The translations under genes were made by a program, and so were the position numbers. A model generated the notes under the pieces. It did not search any database. It was not told the origin of the DNA and worked only from the letters and a program-made list of their open reading frames with translations. From NCBI RefSeq assembly GCF_963676685.1, contig NC_092350.1, forward strand, positions 19,778,001-19,842,000: 64,000 nucleotides of DNA, in the 5' to 3' direction. This stretch comes from Mytilus edulis (lineage: Eukaryota). Below are positions 27,157 to 41,200 of the stretch, one piece after another; position 1 is the stretch's first letter, and each line of letters begins with the position of its first letter.

Positions 27157-28482
27157 TGTCGTTGTGCGTACAAGTGATGCACTGATGAAGATGTCCCGCG
27201 TTATCTATAGGTATGTTTACTGGTTACGTATCTATGTAAAGTTGTTTGTGTGTTCCATGTTTAGTTGTTTCTCGTACAAATAACATACATTCACATGATG
27301 TATCGCGTACAATCAATATACATTCACATAATGTACCGACGGACTCTTTAACCTTTTTCAGTATAAAATACCACCTCTTTATTCATCTTTTATTCTTTCA
27401 TATGCAGCATCTCTTTCACAATAGTGATCACTTTTTTATATTATGAAAACGGAGATGTTGGGTTAATGTCAATGAGCAAGTTTATATAAAAACACAAAAT
27501 TTTGAATCTTTTATATCTGAATATTTTTTTTGTTTTTTGAGATATCATTTCAATGACTGATACATATCCATTTTTATATGTGTGCTATCTAATGTTGTAC
27601 ATTTCGACTAAGTTCATATGATCTAATTCTTCTGTCAACTAAAGGGGGGTGTCAACATTCATCAAAGGGATAGTTAATGCCTATACTTTTGAATTGTGCA
27701 AACAATTTTCTACTCGGATACAAATATCTGTGAAAAGGCAATTGTCCATTACATCAATGACTAGCTTCTTTTCTCTTTGAAAGTATACTATAGACTCATT
27801 GGTGGCCTTCGGCTTTTTTCTGCTCTTTGGCTTGGTTGTTGTCTCTTTGACACATACCCCATTTCCATTTCCATTTTAAATTATAGAATGCACAACAAAA
27901 CTGTCAGAAAGAATGAGTAACTCATTATTGTTCAATCGTTGGAATCTACTGTAATATTTAGAAAAGTTCTTCCTTAACTTAAAAACAAATTTGTCCTCTG
28001 AAACTGGTGGGGCACATTGGAACAACTTGTCCATAACCATCATAAGGGTATTAACTACTTTAAAAAAGTGTGTCCGATGACACCAACTGCCAAACCAACG
28101 TTACAAGCTACCAATAAATCCAATGATTGAATTGTGAGAAGACTCCTTATTGGAGTTATTGCCATTTGATGACGTTTTTTTTCAATTTGCTTGCGTTTTA
28201 GCTGAAGATCTGAAAAACTATAATATAATAATTCTTGATTTTTTTTTTAAATCGGCTGGTCGTCACTCAAGGACGAATAATGATGATGTTAGTTATAAGT
28301 CCCTGTCTTCACTATAATTTGTACTGTAAACTACCAATTTGAAAATTGTGTTGGTCCGTTGCAAACTTTTGCTAGTCAAAACTTTTGGACAACAACTTCT
28401 TGAGAACTCCATTGGATGCTCCTAATTTAATGACGATTTTTATACATTTTAAGTGTCTACTTCTTATGTTTAAACTATAATA

Positions 28483-28761
28483 TAACAAGAATGTGTCCCC
28501 AGTACACGAATGCCCCACTCGCACTATCATTTTCTATGTTCAGTGGACCGTGAAATTGGGGTAAACCCTCTAATTTGGCATTAAAATTTAAAAGATCATA
28601 TCATAGGGAACATGTATACTAAGTTTGAAGTCGATTGGACTTCAACTTCATCAAAAACTACCTCGACCAAAAACTTTAACCTGAAGCGGGACAGACGGAC
28701 GAACGGACGCACAGACCAGAAAACATAATGCCCCTCTACTATCGTAGGTGGGGCATAAAAA
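28483..28761 (+). mobile_element. Helentron-type non-autonomous element (HINE/DINE-like)
   Basis: 5' AACAAGAATGTGTCC, internal GACG/GACA microsatellite, 3' hairpin ATGCCCC..GGGGCAT before an A run. Confidence 0.65.
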
Positions 28762-28984
28762 TGATCAGATAGACAAGGTCTTAAGGTCTACAAGGTCTAC
28801 AAATAAGCCAACATGACTGAAATCCCTAGTCGACTCCTTTTTATAGTGTTTGCTGTTTAATTACGATCTTTTAATTTAATATATTTTGTGTTTAACTATA
28901 GTATCCTGAAAACAATAAAAGACAGATACACACTTCGAATACAAAAAAAAATCAATAAGCCCAAATGTACAAACCCTGAAGTGG

Positions 28985-29268
28985 AGCTTTACATAAGGGT
29001 ATATATATACGATAGAAGCTTTACACAAGGGCATATATACGATAGAAGCTTTACATAAGGGTATATATATACACGATAGAAGCTTTACATAAGGGCATAT
29101 ATATACGATAGAAGCTTTACATAAGGGTATATATATACGATAGAAGCTTTACATAAGGGTATATATATATACGATAGAAGCTTTACATAAGGGTATATAT
29201 ATACGATAGAAGCTTTACATAAGGGTATATACGATAGAAGCTTTACATAAGGGCATATATATACGATA
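28985..29268. repeat. Minisatellite, ~28-35 bp unit, ~9 copies
   Basis: AGCTTTACATAAGGG(TA)nCGATAGA repeated with variable TA length. Confidence 0.95.
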
Positions 29269-29844
29269 CAGAATGGATTTCTTGTGGGTTTTACTTCAAG
29301 TTTTGACACAATAAAAATATTGCTACGAACTTAGACAAATATGCAAATGAAAATATTCCTTCATGAATTATTTTTTTGAGATATTTCAATTCGTGTAAAA
29401 ACTTTCAAACGATAAGAGATATTTTCAACAATTTTTTGTTAAGTGTTTCTTAAATTATAGGCCAAAAAGGAATTCTTTTCAATGACCAATGCAATTAAAA
29501 TTTTGTGAAATCATATATATTTATTTGTAATCAATTTCTTGCCAATACAAACGCAAAAAAAAAAACCCAAAATCAACCGTTGATTTTTTTTTTGTGCAAT
29601 TTAAATAAAATATTCGTGAAAGTTATAGGGCAACTTAAATAACTTTGATAATTTTAAATTTTATTATTTATTCTCATAATTTTACAACTTGATTCTTGAA
29701 CCGCAATCTTCTTCCAATTCTGACACAGACTTTTCAACCTAAAATAAAGAAAAAATTAAAAATAACAATAATACTTTTACTGTAATTTATCAGTATAAAT
29801 ATTTACCATGTAACCATTTTAGAGTAATTTATCTGAGTAGTTTA

Positions 29845-30015
29845 TTTACAGCAATTACTAGTCTGTTAACGAGGTTGTGAGTTCGACTCCAAACCTAGAT
29901 TAAAAGGTTTGAAATATTTCCTTCCGATGGTTCTCTCTATGCACTATTGTTCCCTTAATCGACAAATATGTCCGCCATGAGATAGTCAATAGTGTTGAAA
30001 GTGGCGCTAAACACA
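29845..30015 (+). mobile_element. Degenerate tRNA-derived SINE
   Basis: B-box-like GTTGTGAGTTCGACTCC and 3' GTTGAAAGTGGCGCTAAACAC end; lies in the 3' UTR intron of the FSIP2-like gene. Confidence 0.5.
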
Positions 30016-30128
30016 TATACACTCAATCAATTATACTATGTTTATGAAACTGCTTCGTATAATTGAAAATCATTAAAATTGCCTTGATTTCATTTGTGAA
30101 TAGTGTTCGGATTATATACTTACTGAAA

Positions 30129-33100
30129 TTAATGAAACGGGGGACGTTTACAGGACTGGTTTTCATCATCGTTTGAGGAACGCACAGATATCTTGGTTTT
30201 GTGAGATCCACAAAGAGATTTGACCTCCAACGTTGCTGTATGAACAGGTTTTATGACTGGCTTCTGCATATCATTTGAAGGTATTTTTGAAGTAGTTGAT
30301 ATTTTATCTCCTACAGAAGAAGCTGAAGGTATTCGAATTTCGGGTGACGATTTCTTCGCAGCTGATTTCTTGTCAATGTTCAGACTCCTTTTTGCGTTAG
30401 TTGGTACGACTTTTTTCTCATTTTTTTCCATTGTAGAAACGCATCTGTTTCTTTCTTTTTGTGTGGGTGTAATTCTAGTAGTTTGATGACTTTGTTCAGA
30501 TACAGATCTCTGTTCAACTTGTTGTCTCCTATGTACTTTCGGAGATAGCAGATTTGTTGCACGTTTAGGAGACTGAACTGCTATACCAGCGTTTGTTGAG
30601 CGTCTATTAGGAGTTTCTTGCCGCTCTGCAAAACGTTCACGTGAACTGGTTTCAAGTTGTTTTGTCACGCGTTCATTGAGCACCGGACGTTTGGGATCTG
30701 CATGAGGTATTCTTACATGATGAGGTAATATTGGACGACCGGGAAATGGACTATCCTTGTGAACAGCAGTAATAGTTCGTGCATTGGAAACAACATGTCT
30801 GTTAATTGGTGATCCGTTTGTAGGGTTTGCATTCATACGTGTTCGCCTGTTATTCATATTTGCCACTGGAGTTGTCTTGGCAGATTTCTGTGGAGTAACC
30901 ATACACATTGGTTTTGATTTCCCTGTTTTTTCAAAAGAAGAGTAATTATTACTAGGAACTGACTGCATCATACCATATTCTTTGTTGTCAAGTGGTTTGT
31001 CTCTTATTTCACAATATGAATGCAGTATTGGCACTGGTGTAGTCTTCAAAGGCGTATTCACCCTATCACTTGACAGTGCAGATAAACGACATTTGGCTGC
31101 ATTTGGATTGATATTGGCTTTCCTATCGTCTGATTTGTTTGATTTGCTACTACCTTCAGAAGACAGAGATTTTATCGAACCCTGTTTCTTTCTACTGTCC
31201 TCATGTATGACAATATCATTGTCAGAGAATGAACTGGCAATGTTTGATAAGACATTTTTTACCAGCTTTGTAATAATCTCTGACGGAACGGATGTTACAG
31301 AAGCGTGCTGAATAATATCGATATTTTCCTTTGATTCATTGTGCATATCGGTCATACTTTGAACGACCATTTTCAACCTATCTTCGTCTATCACACCAGT
31401 TTGCAGTTCCGCTTTAACTTTTTCAAGAGTGGCCACGACAAAGTCCTCAACAGTTTTGTCATCACTAGCGGACGATTTAGAGATATTTAGTGAATTGTCT
31501 TGTTCATTCAGAGTTGCCACTGGATATCGCTCAGAAAGGGCAGTTGCTAGCTCATGAACCTCTTTTTCAGATAATTTACCACTTTCTACGTTTGACAAGG
31601 TTTTTGAAACTGCTTCAGACAACAGCTCAACAACTTTTTCGCCAGGTATTTCACCAACGATTTCTTGCTTTGAGCCTCGAGTGCTCTGAATATTTTCATC
31701 ATACATCCTCAGCATGCGAGTTGTCATTTCGGCCATTTTCTGCAAACTCATGGTACGTCCATCCAACAACATTGATTCGCTCACCCCACTTGGTATTACT
31801 AACAAATCAAGAGCCACTTCCGATTCTACAGAAGGCTGAGATGCACCTTGTCGGACTTGGTCATTTGTTCTAAGCTTGTTGTTTTCTAATGTTTCAATGA
31901 TCATATCAATTGTATTTTCTACAAAGTTGTCAATATTGTGATCCGATTCCTTAGATTGGCCGGCGTCCTCCACTGTGTTTTGAATAATATCAGTGACTGC
32001 ATGTCTCACATTTTTATTATTTGGATCTCCGAAATCTCTTTTTATATTTTGAAGAGTACCAATCACATATTTCTTAGTACCTTTGCCATCAAAGTTGAAA
32101 CTATTCATTGTTATTTGTTCTGCATCACTTTCACCAACAAAATCTCTGACTATGTTATGAAGAGCTTCAACTACTACAGCCTCAGCTTCTAGTGAAACAG
32201 TCGATGTACCTTTTATGGAGTCTGAGTTGGTAACAGCCAGTTTTTTGTTGTCTTCTTCTTTTTCTCTAATTGTTTCCGCCATATCCTTAAGTATATTGTT
32301 CATAACATCCATTACAAAAATAGAAGTTTGACTAGCATCGTTTGTTATTCCCTGCATGTCACGCATGTCAGCGTAAGACATTTGGTCCTGCATGTTTTCA
32401 ACAATATCTTGTAAAGTTTCCAGAACGAAATCCTCTATTACGCCCGAAGATATCCTTTTCTGAGCGTTTCCGTACCCTTCTCCTGCTATATTACTTATCC
32501 TATCAACAGACCTATCCAGTCTCATGTTAGAAATAATGTTGTTCAAGGTTTCAAGAATATGAGTTCCAATCTCATTAGAGGATATTCTACATAGAAGATC
32601 GTTTTCAAAGTTTGCAAATGAAGGACCTCGTTGTCCATCTTTTCCTTCTGAACCTTCTGATCCTAGCTCAGTGTCTGAAGCTAGTGGTTTACCACTCAAA
32701 ACAGTTCTTTCAACTCTGGTTAAAAGCTGTTGAACTAATCTATTGGCTACCATTGACGACGCTGTTTTCATTAACATTCCTGTATCTGAATGAGACATGT
32801 CTAGGGTAAGTCCTGCTGACTTCATCCTACTTTTTCTAACGTCACTTAAAACATCTGCTACTGTTATTTTAACGAAGTTTGATAATACACCAACATTCAT
32901 AGTCTGAAGAATACCACCAACCGCCAAAATATCATCGTGTGTGCCAACGTGTGATACAAAATGCCGGAGTATTTTCTTTAGGTAACTGGATGAGTGTCTG
33001 CTGCTGGCTATTTCTTCAAGAATACGATTTAGAGAATGATTAACTTCAGCATTTGATTTTATATTGTCACAATTTTCTGTATCAACTGTTCTCAAAAACA

Positions 33101-35299
33101 GTATAACTTCGCTGGCATCGGTACTTTCTGTTACTTGAGACTGTAAATGTTTGATGATTGATGACACCAAATTTATGATATCATCTGGCATTTCTCCAAT
33201 TATCTTGCTACGTGATCGTTTGCTTTCGTCTGCAAATAACAGTAAATCATCCTCACTAAAGTGACCAGATCTTAAATCCCTATCAATTTTGATGATAGTT
33301 TCTCTAATCAAAGATTCGGCAAGTTCTGAATCGGCTGATGTTGGCACCTCTCGTGGGAACATAACACTGTGGTCATACTGATATTTACGTAGAATAACTC
33401 GAAAAATTGCTCTCACTTCCTGCATTGAAATCTTGTCTTCTCTTAATTTTGAAATGATATTACGCATAATTGTGTTTAATGTTTCGTTTCTATCAAAATC
33501 CTCAGAAAATATCGAAACAGCAGAACTCGCCATGGAAACTAATGTCATTCTGTTTAACTTTCCGTCGTCGATCTCATCCATAATTGTACCCAGTGCAGAC
33601 CGTACGACATCCTCTGCTATCTTAGAGTCATTGGAAGCTACCAGAGAGATTGTCGATGATGTGGACTGCAATATGCATAATGCTAATTCTTTCAACGCCT
33701 CTTTCTCCACATTTCCTTTTTCAAATTCGACCTGCAAAGACTCCAATAGATGTTCGATAAGATTATTTGCTACAGCTGTGCTTGTCAGTGAAGGCGTCCT
33801 CCTTTCCATACTGGAAGATCTGTCGGTCATTTTTTTCCCACAATAGATCAATTCTTGTCCGATCTCTTCCAGATCTTTTGAGTCAAGTAAACCGGCGTCT
33901 AAGTCTGCGAGGAGATACTTTATATGGTTGGTCAAAACTGCGTGCTTATCTTCTCTTGAATCGATAATCCGCTGAACATTGGTCACCATGTCAGCTACGT
34001 CAGACTCAGTAAAATAACCTTTCTGCAAATTCGTGTAAACGACCTTCAATACATCTGTAACAAACATTGATACATTGTGGGCAAATGGGATATCTTTTTC
34101 CTCAATGTCTGTGTTTGAATCTCTCAAGACATCGTTTATTGATGATGTCAGTGTCGTTGCTATCAGTGTTAGTTCATTGCTATGGGCTCCAATTATCTTT
34201 GCTTTTGCTCGTTCAATTGCATCCTCTACAACCAATCTTGCTATTTCAGTTAAAGATCTACCTTCTTCATCCAAGGTTGCAATAACATTATTTGCTATAC
34301 CAGACATCTGTGCTGTCGTTAGAGATTGTGTGGACATTGTTTTAGCCAGTTGTGTAAGTGTCTCTAATTCCTTCGTGTCTCCACTCAGTTCTGTAGTTAT
34401 TCTATTAATCACAATATTAACAAGATCGCTTAAAGATTCTTGCGAAGATTCCTTAAATGACATATACGATGAAACGAAAGCATGAACCACACGATATAGT
34501 GATTCACCTTTTTGGCTTTCAAGGTCTTCTATAATCCTTTGTAAAATTGACTTAAAATTTGTATCTGTAGACTCATGTGTGACATTGGAGCTGACCTCAG
34601 CATTCATTAAATTAAGCATGTCTTCAATCATTTCTTTGGATAGACGACCGTTTTCCACATCATCTGCCAGTGTTTGTAGTGTTCTAATGATGAAGTCGTC
34701 TAGCATTGCATCATTGGTAGGAGATTCTACATGTAGATCTTCATCTTGAACAATGTCTTGTAAGGTATCTTCCACAAATTTATCGATTGCTTTGTCCATG
34801 GACTCCTCCATGTCAACGCTATCACTACCAATGATAGACAGCGTTAACTTTGTCAGGTCTTCTTTGCTAAGTTGGCCTCTTTTTAAATCACCTAGCAACC
34901 TTTCTAAGGTAAACTTAACTAAATTGTCTGCGAGACCGGAAACTTGATACTCGTTCAAATCATTGACATCAAGATCTTGCAGAACTGCAATTTCATAATC
35001 ACGTTTCTCAACCATTTCCATACAATATGTTGTCAGTTGTACAATATCATCTTTCTGAAGTTTGTCCTGACTTAAATCGTCTAGAAGTCTCAACAAAAGA
35101 CTCTCTGCCATTTTCATATCTTCTTGTCTTCTGCGTTCTGCCTCCTTCGCTTCTTCTAATTTGATATTTTCCATTTTGTAAATTGATGGAACAGGTGTAA
35201 CCTCATGATCACCAGTAGGTTTATAAAAACTGGTTGTTAAGCTTTCGCCACTCGTGTGTGGAATCACAGATAGCCTTCCTCTAAAGGAGATCTGACCCT
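30129..35299 (-). CDS. Giant terminal coding exon (5.17 kb) of the FSIP2-like gene
   Basis: 1712-aa ORF in the track; acceptor TTTCAG|AG at 35300-35302 is phase-compatible with the upstream exon 38358-38415. Confidence 0.9.
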
Positions 35300-38200
35300 C
35301 TGAAAAAAAACAAAATACAGAAGAGGTGTCAAGCTTTCGACAGTCGTGTGTGGAATCACAGATAGCCTTCCTCTAAAGGAGATCTGACCTTCTGAAAAAC
35401 AAAATACAGAAGAGGTGTTGAGTTTTCGCCACTCGTGTGTGGAATCACAGATAGCCTTCCTCTAAAGGAGATCCGACCCTCTGAAAAACAAAATACAGAA
35501 GAGGAGTTAAGCTTTCGCCACTCGTGTGTGGAATCACAGATAGACTTCATCTAATGGAGATCTGACCCTCTGAAAAACAAATATAAAAACTGGTTGTTAA
35601 GCTTTCGCCACTCGTGTGTGGAATTACAGATAATCTTCCTCTAAAGGAAATCTGACCCTCTGAAAAACAAAATACAGGTTGTTAAGCTTTCGCCACTCGT
35701 GTGTGGAATCACAGATAACCTTCCTCTGAAGGAGATCTGACCCTCTGAAAAAGAAAAAAACTGGTTGTTAAGCTTTCGCCACTAGTGTGTGGATTCACAG
35801 ATAACCGTCCTCTGAAGGAGATCTGACCCTATGAAAAACAAAAAACTGGTTGTTAAGCTTTCGCCACTCGTGTGTGGAATCACAGATAGCCTTCCTCTAA
35901 AGGAGATCTGACCCTATGAAAAACAAAAAACTGGTTGTTAAGCTTTCGCCACTCGTGTGTGGAATCACAGATAGCCTTCCTCTAAAGGAGATCTGACCCT
36001 CTGAAAAACAAAATACAGAAGAAGTGTTAAGCTTTCGCCACTCGTGTGTGGAATCACAGATAGCCTTCCTCTAAAGGAGATCTGACCCTCTGAAAACAAA
36101 AAAAAAACTGGTTGTTAAGCTTTCGCCACTCGTGTGTGGATTCACAGATAACCTGACCCTATGAAAAACAAAAAACTGGTTGTTAAGCTTTCGCCACTCG
36201 TGTGTGGAATCACAGATAACCTTCTTCTAAAGGAGATCTGACCCTCTGAAAAACAAAATACAGGTTGTTAAGCTTTCGCCACTCGTGTGTGGAATCACAG
36301 ATAACCTTCTTCTGAAGGTGATCTGACCCTCTGAAAAAGAAAAAAAAAACTGGTTGTTAAGCTTTCGCCACTCGTGTGTGGATTCACAGATAACCGTCCT
36401 CTGAAGGAGATCTGACCCTATGAAAAACAAAAAACTGGTTGTTAAGCTTTCGCCACTCGTGTGTGGAATCACAGATAACCTTCCTCTAAAGGAGATCTGA
36501 CCATTTGAAAAAGAAAAAAAACTGGTAGTTAAGCTTTCGTCACTCGTGTGTGGAATCACAGATAATCTTCCTCTAAAGGAGATCTGACCCTCTGAAAAAG
36601 AAAAAAAACCTGTATGTTAAGCTTTCGCCACTCGTGTGTGGAATCACAGATAACCTTCCTCTAAAGAAGATCTGACCCTCTGAAAAAGAAAAAAAATGGT
36701 TGTTAAGCTTTCGCCACTCGTGTTTGGAATCACAGATAACTTTCCTCTAAAGGAGATCTGACCCTCTGAAAAAGAAAAAAAAACTGGTTTATAAGCTTTC
36801 GCCACTCGTGTGTGGAATCACAGATAATCTTCCTTTAAAAGAGATCTGACCCTCTGAAAAAGAAAAAAACTGTTTGTTTAGCTTTCGCCACTCGTGTGTG
36901 GAATCACAGATAGCCTTCCTCTAATGTAGATCTGACCCTCTGAAAAAACAAAATACAGAAGAGGTATTCATTATGCTATAAGAAATTGTAACTGGGTCAA
37001 TAACCCTTAATGCACCTCAAAATGATGAATTTAAAAGTTGTGTGTAAACTCAAAATCTCTGTGTAGTGCTAATGGACATGTTTCTATTCTTTAGAAATGA
37101 CTGAGCTCAACCATGTGTGGTGATTTGGAAAGAAGAAGAACATATAATAATTGTGTGAAAACTATGGAGCTATTACATGTATGTGTTCAAAGTATTAAAT
37201 TTTCAAAGAAATTATTGTGTTAAAAAAAGGGATTTTTTACCACGAGTAGCCGCATCACGAAAGGATTTTAGGGCTATTCTAATTTATGGAAAATGTAATC
37301 TCATTTTGTACACCTAAAATGTAACCAGATTCGAAACGAGCTATCATACATATTCAAGTTTACGATATGGACTGAGCTACAGGAAAAAAAGTTACCATTA
37401 CCGCCTATGGAAAAACAATTAAAGATATTTACCCAACTGACTACTTTATATGGTTCAATATCCCTTAGGTGGCCAAACGTAAGGAACACAGCTAACTAAA
37501 ACATATATCCATTAAAATATTGAATCAAGTGATCTAACTATTAAAAGTATCCCAATTTCAGATAAACTCTTGAATGTTGAGTACCAAAGGCAAAATTCAA
37601 TCAATGCGACATGTGTCTTAGTTTCTATAGCAGTGTGCTTAAAAATATAAAAGTTACGTTCTTAATCACAAGAAAAAAAAAGGAGTTTTAATATAATTAA
37701 AGGAATAACTCTTGAACATAAATGTAAAAATGCTGAAATCGAACTTGACTTGTATTTATTTTCATGGTCCATAACTTTGTTTTTAAGTTTGGGTCAAGAG
37801 AAACCTCAATTATAATCCATACATTTTACACAAATCAAATCGTTTCGGTAATTAAGGGCATAGATATAAGAATATCTTGTATGAATGCCAATGAGACAAC
37901 TTTCCATTTAAGTCACACTTTGTTGAAATAAACCATCAAAGGTCAGAGTACGGCCTTCAACACAAAACTATATGGTAGGGATTTATGTTTAACGAATAGA
38001 GTCAAATTGAAGTATATTCAGAACCAGAACATGTTAATGGTACTATACAGTGGAACTTGCCTTCTCCGACACACTGGGGGACCAGAAAATAATGTCGGTT
38101 AAACAGGGTTTCGGAATACTCAGGGTTTTTATTTTTTTGCAAGGATAGGCCAATTTTGGGACCATGAAAATGTGTCGGTTAAAGCAGGATGTTGGAATAC

Positions 38201-41200
38201 TCAGGTATCGGAGTAGGCAGATTTACAATGTATATAAATATGAACCCTGCGTTGTCCTAGACCGACATTTGCTCGAAATACAATTGGTTTGATGTTTTTA
38301 CTTTGGTTGAGTACTAACAGTATCAATCTAACCATACAGTTCTTAGCTTATACATACCTTCATGACCATCGTAATCTTCGTCATCTGGAAGTGGTAACAT
38401 TTCACTGTAGTGTTCCTGAATAACAAATCAGTTGTTATAGAGAACATAATCGAAATATTTGTTATGAAAACATGTGATCTCCGTAATGCAACACCTGTCT
38501 CTGGAATAATCCCGTACACAACCAATTATACCAAAACATGTATTTATGGTTAGCGAATACAATATTTGATTGTTAACACTAGACCATGTTAAATTGAACG
38601 ATACCTCATATTCCAGTCTGAATATCGAAGCAGTTAATGTATAAAACATTTTTATCCTGTAATCAGCCAAACTTTTGTCCAAATAACAGGCATACAAATA
38701 AAGTTGAGCTTTTTTCTGCAATAGCAATAACACAGTAACCATGAAACGTGTTTCTAACATAAGAGCAAAACATGCAATACATAGTTAACATTTGATCAGT
38801 ACTGTTTAACTATGTTACTAAGAACACATGAATTTTCTTGAATTCAAGGCCGGTAGAAATCCAAAGGTCACCAACAGACATTTGTATCCGACACCAATAT
38901 CACTACTTGGTTTGTGGTAAGTAATATGCGAGGTATATTTCGTGACATTTTAATTTGTGGAAATTACAGTTTACGTATATCCATGTGGATTATTATTAAT
39001 TTTCGAGTAAATATATATGCATCTTACTTGTTTTACGGTATTGTATACATCCATTACAATTTCTCTAGCCTTTAGTTGGAACTGTTCTTCTTCGTTGGCA
39101 GAAGTGTCTTCAAACTTTTAAAGAAACAAGAATACTATAACCATTGATCAATATGCCTCGTTAACACTGTTAAAAATGTCCTGTACCAAGTCAGGAATAT
39201 GGCCATTGTTATATTATAGTTCGTTTCTGTGTGTGTTACAATTTAACGTTGCGTAGTTTGTTTTCTCTTATTTTTTAGTGTAAATTGACATTGCGATAAG
39301 ACGTGTCACGGTACTTGTCTATCCCAAATTCATGTATTTGGTTTTGATGTTATATTTGTTATTCTCGTGGGATTTTGTCTGATGCTTGGTCCGTTTCTGT
39401 GTGTGTTAGTTACATTGTAGTGTTGTGTCGTTGTTCTCCTCTTATATTTATGCGTTTACCTCAGTTTTAGTTTGTTACCCCGATTTTGTTTTTTGTCCAT
39501 GGATTTATGAGTTTGAACAGCGGTATACTACTGTTGCCTTTATTTAAACTTTCTTGGACAGCGAATCTCCAAAACACTATTTTTGACAAAGGAAATTAAG
39601 TACTGATCAGTAAGATCTCACTTATGTGTAAATGATAACCTTTAAGAATATTCTTTTTCAAAGAATCAATGAGTCTTCTTGTATCCTAGCTAAATTAACG
39701 GGCTCTATATTGTAATAAAAATTCTACATCTACGGCCGATTTCCTATCGTAATCTCTTAAACAAATGAAATATAAAATGTCATAACAGACACTTGCAAAA
39801 TAATCCTTGTTTGTGAAATTGATAATGTATTTCCATAGAGTGTTTAACTATGATGGCATTAAAAAATAATGGTTCGGGAAAATTTACGTCGCACGCTTCA
39901 AATTTTTAATATATAGATTTAATTGATGTCTATTCTAACAAGATACATATTTGGAACAATTTCAATAGTTGCAGCGTAAAGAGAACAACCATTTATTGTC
40001 TCAAAACAAACATTTTATTTTGTATTCGACTCGAAACAGTAATGAAATACTTGGGACAGCCTTGTATACAAACAGTTTCTACGCCTTGTACAGATACATT
40101 TTATATTTTATGGCAATGTTTAGTTATTATATATTTAAACGCATATTTCTCGAATATATTATATATGCTACGTACTACAACCATCTTTTGGACGTCACAA
40201 TGCCATGTTGACACATAAAGAGCATATGATGGCTTTTACCGGAGAGAGGTTCATTCGTGAATTGTGGTTAGTGTTTCAAAACAGAACCAATTTAGAATTT
40301 TCATTGTCCCTTGAAAAAAGAATTTTACTAGCTGTGTTTTATATTTTCAATTAAAAAATCCTATTTGTAAATTGGAACAATGATTTATTTCCAAACAAAC
40401 TTAGTGAATTGTTTGGTACGAACATACACACCGTACCTCGTCTCCATATGTTGTCTCGTCAATGAAAATTGATATCTCATCATAAGCATCAGTCAGCATT
40501 TGTAAAAATCTTTCTGATCTCTTCTCTAAAAAAACAAATTTTGACATGTGAGCATATGTTTTCAGTTTGTGGATAGCTACATGACGTAATGACCATAACA
40601 TTAAGTTTTTTTTAAACTGAAAATTTACGAACACAAATTGATACCAAGTTAACCCTACAAGCATAGCTATCATCAGTCTGTTCAATGAAAACATGTGCAT
40701 GTACAAAATGAGGCGGATTTGAACTGGTGTTTTAGCATTCAACTTTTGTTCACGTTACGGTGTTTAATTAATTCAAAGTTAATCCCTAACCTCCAATAAG
40801 ACGCTGAATGTAAAAAAAATGATTTGTCTCTAACGATTTCTCTGTAAACAGTTTCATCCTTACTGTCATACAGCTTACCTTTCAAGTTAGACAACTCCAT
40901 TCTTCTAAGACTTGATACAATACCCCACATGCTGAGGAACTGTGGTTTTCGACTTCGTCTTTTCGCTGAAATTATGAAACAAGTAGTATTATCTTAAAAG
41001 GATGTGTATGCATTATCTTTCACCAACAGTTACGGTATAGAAATCATATAGATAAGATTGCTGTTTTCGATCGTTCATATCTTAATTCCGATATTGATTT
41101 ACAGTGCAGCATACACTAAAGATCTTTCGGAATACTAAGGAATATTATTTCTACGCAGTTCACCTGTCAGTCAGAACTAAACAAGACCAAGGGAAAATCA

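Noticed and set aside
29085-29309. 74-aa repetitive ORF
   Set aside because: Translation of a minisatellite.
30253-34947. Multiple plus-strand ORFs (also 22872-23087)
   Set aside because: Antisense shadows of long minus-strand exons, with no splice or domain support.
35229-36965. CRISPR-like regular array
   Set aside because: Whole units repeat with no unique spacers, there are no cas genes, and the unit derives from an exon boundary in a eukaryotic gene.
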